DNA of 57,564 nucleotides, filler included, from Trypethelium eluteriae (Eukaryota): assembly GCA_051942245.1 (NCBI GenBank). It is 2 parts of 2 records of this genome, joined end to end, with 100 filler letters (N's around TTAATTAATTAA, not from the genome) between each part and the next. Parts side by side here need not be neighbours in the genome. Positions count along the whole stretch, not along the records: positions 1 to 28,748 come from JAVECL010000302.1; positions 28,849 to 57,564 come from JAVECL010000303.1. One strand, 5' to 3'. Of this stretch, positions 26,121 through 37,635 are shown in pieces. Each line of letters starts with the position of its first letter. Position 1 is the stretch's first letter. The notes beneath the pieces were generated by a model, which had not been told where the DNA came from, ran no database searches, and saw only the letters and a list, made by a program, of their open reading frames with translations. The position numbers were made by a program, and so were the translations under genes.

Positions 26121-27255
26121 ATGGAGGCCCAGCGCGCTTTTGCTGCCACCAGTGGAGACACAAATATGGAGGATGTGGGTAGGGTGACTGACCACAACAT
26201 GCCTCCTCTGAACCTGAACGAGCCTGGTACAATCCCGACGCTGGACGGTTGGATTGAAAACCTCATGAATTGCAAACAGCTCGCAGAAGCAGATGTGCAG
26301 AGACTGTGTGACAAAGCAAGAGAGGTCTTACAAGAAGAGTCAAATGTACAGCCCGTGAAGTGCCCGGTCACTGTGTGTGGAGATATACACGGACAATTTC
26401 ATGACCTGATGGAGCTCTTCAAGATTGGTGGACCGAATCCAGACACGAATTATCTTTTCATGGGAGATTATGTCGATCGTGGATATTTCAGTGTCGAGAC
26501 AGTTACTCTCCTGGTTGCTCTCAAAATCCGCTATCCCCAACGCATCACCATTCTTCGCGGGAACCACGAATCACGCCAGATCACCCAAGTGTACGGCTTC
26601 TATGACGAATGCTTGCGAAAATACGGCAATGCAAACGTCTGGAAATACTTTACCGACCTTTTCGACTACCTACCCCTGACTGCTCTCATCGACAACCAAA
26701 TCTTCTGCCTTCATGGTGGGCTCAGCCCCAGTATTGATACGCTGGACAACATCAGAGCGCTTGACAGGATACAAGAGGTGCCTCACGAGGGGCCGATGTG
26801 CGATTTGTTGTGGAGCGATCCGGATGACCGTTGCGGATGGGGTATTAGTCCAAGAGGTGCTGGATACACATTTGGACAGGATATCTCGGAAGCATTTAAT
26901 CATAACAACGGGCTGACCCTCGTTGCTCGTGCACATCAGTTGGTGATGGAAGGATACAATTGGAGTCAGGATAGGAATGTAGTTACGATCTTCTCTGGTG
27001 AGTCTCTACAATATCTCCTCACATGGCCGCAATTGGTCTTGTTGACGAAAATGCAGCCCCCAATTACTGCTACAGATGCGGTAATCAAGCCGCTATCATG
27101 GAAATTGACGAACACCTCAAATATACCTTGTACGTAGAGTCAGCCGGCTCTACTTCAAAGCTTGCTAACTTATTCCCGCCAGCTTGCAATTTGACCCCTG
27201 CCCACGAACTGGCGAGCCTATGGTTTCGCGAAGAACACCGGATTATTTCCTTTAG
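26121..27255 (+). CDS. PPH21: Protein phosphatase 2A catalytic subunit
   Basis: Exons 26121-26997, 27057-27129, 27183-27255. [28 protein letters not shown], and the PP2A C-terminus RRTPDYFL. Confidence 0.97.
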
Positions 27256-27816
27256 ATGGCTAATGGTGGCACTGCTTGACCTTGGCGCATTGCATGGACT
27301 GGAAGAGTGTATAGATATAATCCAGTCTAATGATCAATCCAAAAAGCATACAGCATTTCCATTAGCTTGCCAATTAATGTCTTCACTTCGTAGCGGCCTA
27401 ATATGATGCTCTTGAATAATGTGGATCACATACTCCTCCTAACGTCAAAATGACTGCTCCATTTCGGTGGGACTCTTAGCTCTAATTAGACCCTACCGTA
27501 GGTACGGATGCGGTGACAGGCGGGTGGCAGGGATGACGCAGACCTCCAAAGATCAGCATTATCATTCAGAACTCCATCCCACCGGCGCGTTGTTTACACA
27601 CATTCACACTTCACATCGTTATTGTCGCAGACATTCGCAAATTAGGGTTCGAATCTTTCTCGAGACAAATATACCAGCGAAGTTCTTTTAAACGTTTCTA
27701 TCGAATTCCGGTTCTCCGACAAACACCCGCCACCCACAATTCTACTTGCGACGGGCACGCGACACCACCACCGAGAGTTCTCGTTCTCGTCGCGTGTTAC
27801 GCGATAAGCTATCGCG

Positions 27817-28748
27817 ATGAGCGAGCTGGACAAGTCTGTGCGCGTACACTTAGATTCTTGTACTCCGCTAACGACACAATCTCCAGAGCAATAGAACAGC
27901 TTCGCGCATGTCGTCCAATACCAGAACCTCAGGTCCGAGAACTATGTCACAAAGCACGGGAGCTGCTCATAGAGGAGGGAAATGTGGTGGGAGTGGATGC
28001 GCCGGTGACAGTAAGACACGAAAAGACAGTATCTGGTCATTCGCTGTTAACGCAGTACATGAGTAGATATGCGGTGATATCCATGGACAGTTCCATGACC
28101 TGATGGAGCTGTTTCGAGTTGGTGGAGACGTGCCAGACACAAATTATCTATTCATGGGTTGGTCAGCTCTCTACAAAATCGATTATTGGATACTCATTAT
28201 TCGACAGGCGACTTCGTCGACCGAGGCTTCTACTCTCTCGAATCTTTCCTCCTCCTTCTTTGCCTCAAAGTACGATACCCAGATCGAATAACCCTGATAC
28301 GAGGAAATCATGAGTCGCGGCAAATCACGACTGTATATGGCTTCTATGATGAGTGCTTACGAAAATACGGCAGCGCCAATGTGTGGAGGTTTGTATGCTC
28401 CCCTGCCCAAGAACAACACTCTCTAATGACAGTCTCACCAGATATTGCTGCGAAGTCTTCGACTACCTCGCTCTCGGCGCCCTCGTCACCGGCGCTGCCT
28501 CTAACCTCCCCCCATCCTCCGCGCCCTTCGCCGACCCAGCAACCGCCGCCAACATGGCCTCCGACACCTCCGACGTCGAAATCGAAATCCTCAACTCCGC
28601 CGGCCAAATCACTAACCGCTTCCCCCGCCAACGCCGATCTCCCCACCAACCTCAGCAACAAGCACCACAACCAAATTCACAACCCTCGTCCTCTTCTCAA
28701 GACGCCGACGTCGACGACGCCCCTCCCCCCGACTCGCAAGCCACGCTC
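27817..28748 (+). CDS. PPH3: Protein phosphatase 4 catalytic subunit (PP4c), 5' part; truncated by the assembly gap
   Basis: Exons 27817-27833, 27887-28010, 28067-28157, 28208-28388, 28442->28748. Translation [19 protein letters not shown]...[40 protein letters not shown]...[21 protein letters not shown], which has the PP4-type FRVGGDVP and [10 protein letters not shown]. Confidence 0.88.
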
Positions 28749-28848
28749 NNNNNNNNNNNNNNNNNNNNNNNNNNNNNNNNNNNNNNNNNNNNTTAATTAA
28801 TTAANNNNNNNNNNNNNNNNNNNNNNNNNNNNNNNNNNNNNNNNNNNN
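28749..28848. other. Artificial scaffold/contig-join spacer N44-TTAATTAATTAA-N44
   Basis: Exactly 100 nt and symmetric; the central 12-mer puts TAA stops in all six frames. Confidence 0.95.
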
Positions 28849-29135
28849 GAGCGGGGGCGGGAGGTTTCGCGCAGTTGAGTCCTGCGGTGGCTGAGCTGGA
28901 TGCGAAGGTTTTGAGGAGGAGGGTGCGGTTCCCGCTTCGAGCGCCGGGAGAGGAGAGTAGGGTAGGAGAGGAGCGATCATTTCAGGCGGATGATAAAGGG
29001 GACGGGAAGGAGGTCAAGGAGGCGAGCTTGAATCATGTGTTGACGAATATTGTCATTTTACAGGAGTTTATTCTAGAGATCGCGGCGGTGTTGCAGGTTA
29101 GAGGGAACTTGTTCGAGGATGTTAGATTTGTATGA
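28849..29135 (+). CDS. 3' end of an FHIP/RAI16-like (FAM160) protein gene; 5' part lost in the gap
   Basis: C-terminal ASLNHVLTNIVILQEFILEIAAVLQVRGNLFEDVRFV* matches the conserved FAM160/RAI16-like C-terminal N-x-VILQEF-x-LE-x-AA-x2-QVR motif. Confidence 0.75.
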
Positions 29136-29455
29136 GACTTCAGCATTTTATATCAAAGTCAATGTTAGGGTCCTTGCTGTGCATACTTCTTTTTACGGAG
29201 AGTTAGAGCAGACGGATGTTGCAGAGAGACGAGATGTATTGGGGCCGAAGACTTGATCCACGTCTGAAGAGCTTCTCAACAAGTGCGCCTTCTTGACCCC
29301 TCTGAGACTACGATTGTATCATCAAAACTAGGATACATTGCTACTAATGTTAATTTCATCATCTCGCTTGCAGCTCATCATATCCTAACCCGGAATTTTC
29401 CTACATCAAACAGGACAAGTACCAGAAGAAACTTTAAGTGTGCAACTGCGTTTTC

Positions 29456-31079
29456 CTATTGCTCGCTTAGACTCCCAAGTATAGCAAGAAGAGCGACGAC
29501 AACTATCGATTCCATATTAGCCTTTTGACCTCACCTGCTTGTAAGAAACCTAGGGAAGAAAAAGGATCAAAATGTGATGGAAAACCTTACCACCAGCTGC
29601 AGTCACGATATATGAAGATATGGTCCATGCAGTGCTCACATCGCCAGTTTTGAGCATATATACTAATCCAGTCCCGAAACTGAAGACAACTGGAAACAAC
29701 ACCACCACCGAGAGGCGAACAGGGGACCAGCGGTAGATCAGCTCGAGCGAGTACCGGCTCTCAATTGGGGCACAGTTCGTTTCTAGGTTCTTTTGAACCC
29801 AAAGCGTCCAAGCATTGCTCACATCGTTGTCTGGATACCATCGTGAGGTCTTGTAGGCGCGGAAAAAATACGATAGTGTGTTCTCTTCTACTTTGGATAG
29901 GTTGAGCTTGACGTGAGAGCCCCGAGCTACATCACACTGTATCAAACAATAACAAGTCAGGCAAAAGGATTTGTCAGATGTGGGAAGAAGGGTAGGCAAG
30001 GGGAATATACCTCGTAAAGGCCAAAGCGGCACAGAGACTTTAGCGAAACGTATTCACGCCAGCCCCTAATGAACCTCACTTCCTTTCGTAATTGATTGAA
30101 GAAAGTTCCGTCATTCTCAAACTTTACAGGCTTCTCGCTTGGATCGTTAGAGCCTTTAGAAAACCAGCCGATGATGAGGACCGACGGCTGTGTATCATCT
30201 CGAGACCTAGATCTCAACAATTCATGGATTAATGCGTCGAATGCATTGCGGTCGAGTCTTGATGCATCATAACTTGCACTTTCTGACTTTGGCTCTTTGG
30301 CCTGGGCATTCTCTACGGAAGACATATCTCTCGTATAAGCCTGTGACATTTCCGATGTTGCGTTGATGCCTGCTGAGGCCGCCGAAGGATGCTTGTCATC
30401 ATTGCTAGCTCGTTGGCATGAATACAGTAACGTAGTGTTCGAGGACTTACCCTTGAAGTGCGTGGCCCTTGTGCTCCTGAGGTTCTTGATCTTGCCTCGA
30501 TGTTTCTTGCGGAATGGACTGGCCTTCTTTGTCTGGAAAAACAAGCTTCGTCAATTTTTTAACGGTATCCATATAGTGCACACGTTCCTCTAAGATCTCA
30601 TGGTGGCCATTCCAGCTCCGAGCCCGCAGGAGGAGATGCCACAGAGGTAACATGATTGGCGAAAGTAAATCCCAGAGCTGATGACAACTTCGCACCCTTG
30701 GGTACTCTTTTTGCGTGTCCACAATTATTTCTCTCACAGATTGGACGACATATTCGCAAAATTCCACGAAGCCGCCATCTTAGTAGATACGATATGCCGC
30801 CTGTATTACCGTAGCTTCGCGAACTGTTAACCCAGTGCGTCGAGCGCATCGCTTCTCCGCCCAAAGCCAGTTCCCGTAGACTGGCTTTTGGACAGATGGT
30901 ATTCCATCCAGCCGGCCCTTTTCCTCTGGCCCCTCTGTTGAATTTGCTCCGGCGATGAGAGGCGTGTTGACATTCTCGAGATCGGCGGGCGGGTTCTCGA
31001 TGTCAACAGGGCGATGCTCGTCATCCGGCATGCTGTTTAGAGCTTGCAGGGATGGTGTAGAGTAAGCTTGAGGTATCAT
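29456..31079 (-). CDS. Uncharacterised fungal protein with two C-terminal TM helices; in-frame TAA at 30782-30780 in the first exon (possible pseudogene or a downstream start)
   Basis: Frame-preserving introns 30450-30405, 30010-29937, 29590-29503. C-terminus: YSLELIYRWSPVRLSVVVLFPVVFSFGTGLVYMLKTGDVSTAWTISSYIVTAAGVVVALLAILGSLSEQ*. ORFs 30780-31079 and 30447-30767 share a frame and are separated by one TAA. Confidence 0.6.
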
Positions 31080-31868
31080 AGGCAGTGAGAGATGACATGT
31101 AGCCTAGAGAGCTGACCGCATCGCTGCATCACTTCCTCTACAGCCTTGCATCCTAGGCAGCAGCGATTTCAATGAATGGTGAGCCGACATTTAGCCAGAG
31201 CAAGAGTGTGGGAGCTTGAGATAAACGTCACACGAAAGGGTCACTGGAGTATATCGTCTGCCAAGCGCATCAGGCTTCTAGATTGCGAAGTCAAGAAGAG
31301 GATAGCAAGCGCGGTAGAAGAGGTAGAGCCAACCTGGCTACGCTGCCTGTACGGGTAAGACGTGTAGGTACCTAGGGTACTCTATCGTAGGCGTCGAATA
31401 GCGATAACCCCCGCACCTCCGCCTGCCCCTGCGCATACGCCCACGCATGCATATATAGGGAAGGAGCAGTTGTTCGCCGTATTTATTGATTGAGAAAATG
31501 GAAGTTCGTGTTGGATATGACCTTAGAGCAATATCAATCAGGACTGAATCGTTCTGATCAAATCAATCGATATTGCGGTAGGTCCTCGTTAGTGAAATAA
31601 TGGTACTCTATTAAATCTATCTTATGTTGGGTTGGGTCGTGTCAGAGACTCCACAGATGTACAAATCTAGATTCTAATGAGGGACTGTAGAATGCGAAGG
31701 AAGCCCAGCCCCTACATTCTATCTAGTTTACAGTGAAAGTGAATTTAAACTAAGCTGCACATACCTCGTCTCATCTTCGTTCTCGCGCTTTTGTCCTCTT
31801 AGCTTAGAGTCAGACTTTGTTTTTCTTTTTTTTCTGTGCAAACGTCCACCAGCGAAGCCTGTCGCCTC

Positions 31869-34204
<2,336 letters not shown>

Positions 34205-35402
34205 GATCGATCGATCGGCACGATGCCTTAGAAATACTAACTTAACAGGACTTTGGATTGGTGTCACGACAACGTCTTAAGACTGAATTGACTTTGCCCT
34301 CTACGAATCCGATTGCAGACAGGGAAAAACACAAGAAGAGGACAGTATTGGTGGTGTCGTGTCCCAGATTTCTTAACCATAATAAGGTTTAAGGACCAGA
34401 TGGAATTCATTATGACTAAGGTTGCAGTATTCATGCAGCCCAAGGGAGCTGAAACAATCGGATAAGTGGGACCGAAAGGGGAATTGTCAAAGAACCCCTG
34501 CGCTCCCGGTGGGCAATGCATCGCGCCCTAGAGCTTGGATCCTTCGCGTTTGCGACAGAGTTGTTTCCTGGGAGTTATTTGTTGTACACAGACTGGCTAA
34601 GGTTAACTATTCGATTTAGGGTGATGGGCTTGGGGTACGAATGGTATGAGCACGGGAACCATTATAAAACGATCACAGGTCCTGAAAGCTCTTCTGATTT
34701 TATCTCATATAGGTGGTTGAGATCGTGAGTCTTTGATGGAGGTAAAAGGCTCCAAGGGAGTTGTGTACCGGCGGGGACAGTCGTAAGCAATTTCCGAGAC
34801 CAAATAAGACGGAATATGATTGACCAATCAAGCTAGCCTATTGATAGGGCCGCGTAATCCTCGTAATCCTCATCCTTACGTTGAGGCACAGAAGTACACC
34901 AAGGGAAGGGTGAGATCCGTGCATATCGTACCTCAACTGGTTGGTTGAAATCGAGTCCTCACCATTTGCAATTTTGACAAGAAAGTCTGATCATCTATAT
35001 GAGTGACTGTGTGTAAGAATGTGATTCGAACTGAAAGGCAGAGCCACTAGGATTCAATACAGATACAGATATAAAAGATAATAAGATTATATAGTGGAGA
35101 CCACGGTTTTCCGACAATCTTTTCTCCTTTCTCCTCCGCCCACCCTCAAAGCCTTCGGCGTGCTCAACGATGGGCGTTCGCATAACATCAATGTATCTAC
35201 CGCACACGTCAGTAGAGCAGATAGCCGCCAATAATCTTCGCCGCGAAGTGTGACTGACATTTGTTGAAAGGCAATTAGTAGCGTTGGGGTTCTTTGGTTA
35301 AGTTCATGGTTGCTGCTCCATTTGTATCAGCGCATACCGTAGATAGTCCCGTCTGTGGTTCTCCGATGAACCTAGACCTTATCGCCCGAAGTGGCAATGT
35401 AT

Positions 35403-36920
35403 AAAATCGCTGGGGGTTGCCCGAACACTTTTGTTCTATATTGTATTTTGAGAACAAAGATCACCACAATGAAACGTAGAATTTCCGCTACTACGCTTCC
35501 TATCTCACCATCGAACTCATCACCCTCTTCATCAAGCTCGGCAGATGTCATCACGCCCGACAGCTCTTCAACAACGCGTCTCACTACAGTACCAGGACAA
35601 AAGTGTTCGGGCAACCCCCAGCCCCAGCAATCTTCCCGCGCCAGCGAGCGGAAACGAATTTTTTTGTGTGGCTGCGAAGAAGCGGAGAGCAAAAGTACAT
35701 ATGAATATCTCGGCTTCAACTCCGATACCGCCCAGGCTATCTGGACTCGCTATAGCACAAGAGATCCTGACATGCCTTATGGCTTTTTAGACTTTGCAGA
35801 GGGTCAACTCGGCTATATATTGTCGGGACCCAGCTCTGATTCTCAAGAATGTAATGAATTTATGACCAGGGTTGGAGTCAAACCTTGGCTGCGCCAAGCA
35901 ATTCTAATGGACGAGTTTGCGGATCTCCGAAACACGGCTACTTGTGTCTTTTGGATTATGGATACTATGGAAATGCGATACCGTAACCTGCTCTCAATGA
36001 TCTACAAAAATCAGATGATGGTTGAAAAGAGAGGCCACAAACCAGGACAAATTGGATCTCTCTCAAAAACTCCCTTAACAGATGACCCAACCTGTAGGAA
36101 GCGTGGATCATCCCTTTCAGCACCCTCTCAGACAGTACTACAACAAACGTATTCGGACAACCCCCAGCAATTTTCTCGCGACAGCGAGCGGACGATGCTG
36201 TTTTGGGCGAAAGACATTGAGCAATGTGAGAGCGTATACAACGAGCAAACTGGAGAGATTGACTTGGATCCATCGTGTTACTGTTCTGGTGGGTTTTCTG
36301 GAGGACGAAAAGTTCTGAGCTACTGGACATCACAGCGAGAATTAGCAGATAGATATGCTCAGTGGGCCAAATATAGAAGCCCAGACTCTGGTATTGGTAT
36401 TATCCAAATTGCACCGCCCAATTCCTGGATTAAACAGTTATCTCCCTTATATCTCTGGTATGATGGCTGCTCTATATAACCACAAGATTCTTGGAAACAG
36501 GTCATATGGCACTCTCGCGGCTTTAAGTCACTCCCAAAACACTTAAGGCACCTTAACAAGCACAATTTGTGGATCGGACATATTACATCTGGCTTAAATA
36601 CCAAATATACAAATCGGGGTCATTATAATGAGATCAAGGAGAGCGATTTGCTGACTGTCGAGGTCGACGGAGAGAACGCGAAGGCCATACAATGGGCTTT
36701 CTGTATGGAACAGGCGGTGGATGATTTCATGGAAAAGGGTAAAGTCAGGGGATGGATCCATCGCCTGGGAAGCCTAGCAGCGAAGTCAACAAGCTAAGGA
36801 CCCAGCTCATCATGAGTTTTGTGAGTCAGGACAGCTACTGGGGATCATCTTGTGGTGGAGATGGCTGCGTGTCGCGGGAAAATTGCTGGGGGTTGCCCGA
36901 ACGTTTTTGCTGTAGTACTG
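35403..36920. mobile_element. Four copies of a ~35-50 nt Tc1/mariner TIR-like sequence; probable non-autonomous DNA transposon remnant(s)
   Basis: Copies at 35403-35443 (-), 35587-35640 (+), 36133-36183 (+), 36870-36920 (-). Consensus CAGTACYASRRCAAAAGYGTTCGGRCAACCCCCAGCAATTTTCCCGCG. Copies 1, 2 and 4 abut TA at their outer end. No transposase is visible. Confidence 0.6.
35469..36797 (+). pseudogene. Intronless hypothetical ORF with an ART/DUF3990-like C-terminal domain, interrupted by a single TAA (36477-36479)
   Basis: ORFs 35391-36479 and 36567-36797 share a frame, and the sequence between them reads open (...WYDGCSI*PQDSWKQVIWHSRGF...LWIGHITSG...AIQWAFCMEQAV). First plausible ATG is 35469. 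The fold call is motif-level inference only. Confidence 0.6.
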
Positions 36921-37635
36921 TATAGTGTATGGAGGAAGGAGGCTCGAAGGGATATGAATGTGTGCGTGTAGGCAAGGGGAACTAATCAAGCAACAGAAAC
37001 TCAGCCTACCAGCTGCGGGCGGGCCTAAAGGTCCGGAAGGAGAAGGCGGCGGCAGAGAAGAGAGCGGCGGAGGACGAGGGCGGCGAGGAGGGCGAGGGCC
37101 AGCAGCAGAAGAGGAAGTGGGCGGCGGGAATCAACGAATAGAAATAATTTAGTATAGATACAACATCGCGAAATGCTAGAGCAGAGATTACCTTCTGGGT
37201 TGTTGTTCCAACTTCATCCGCCCTACCTCTCGCACATCTAGACCCTCTCGTACTGTCGGACAACCCTCGGAAAGGATCCCAAGATGCATCGTGCAGGCCT
37301 TGGATATATCGACAGAACTCATGCAACCTGTGCTATCACGGTACTATTTCCGTTTCCACAACACCGCAAGAATGCACTTTGGAAGATACCGGTGGAAATG
37401 GCTCTGGGACGAGCTACACTGGAACAGAAATAATCCCGGGATAAGCTATACGATACGATACTATCATAGAAGTGTTTCTAGGATAGTAATTTGTGAAAGA
37501 TGGTATCGAACAGGCTGCACAAAGAAACACAAGACGGTGAGTATTTCCAACCATTATATTGCATGCTATTATCCGGCTCCATCCTACTTTTCCTTCGAAA
37601 CTGATTTCTAAATTCGAATATACTCTAGGCACTAT

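Noticed and set aside
27817..28748. Alternative assignment of the second phosphatase as PPG1, SIT4 or a recent PP2A duplicate
   Set aside because: [18 protein letters not shown] and [21 protein letters not shown] match the PP4 pattern, and it is too divergent from the neighbouring PP2A to be a recent copy.
28793..28804. TTAATTAATTAA as a biological palindrome or piggyBac TTAA site
   Set aside because: Centred in exactly symmetric N runs totalling 100 nt; an assembly linker.
35090..35122. tatagtggagaccacggttttccgacaatc as a RIP-mutated left TIR pairing with copy 1
   Set aside because: Similarity to the four-copy consensus is too weak to distinguish from chance.
35403..36920. CRISPR-like interpretation of the repeated ~35-50-mer
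   Set aside because: Eukaryotic context, mixed orientations, irregular spacing of hundreds of nt, no cas genes.
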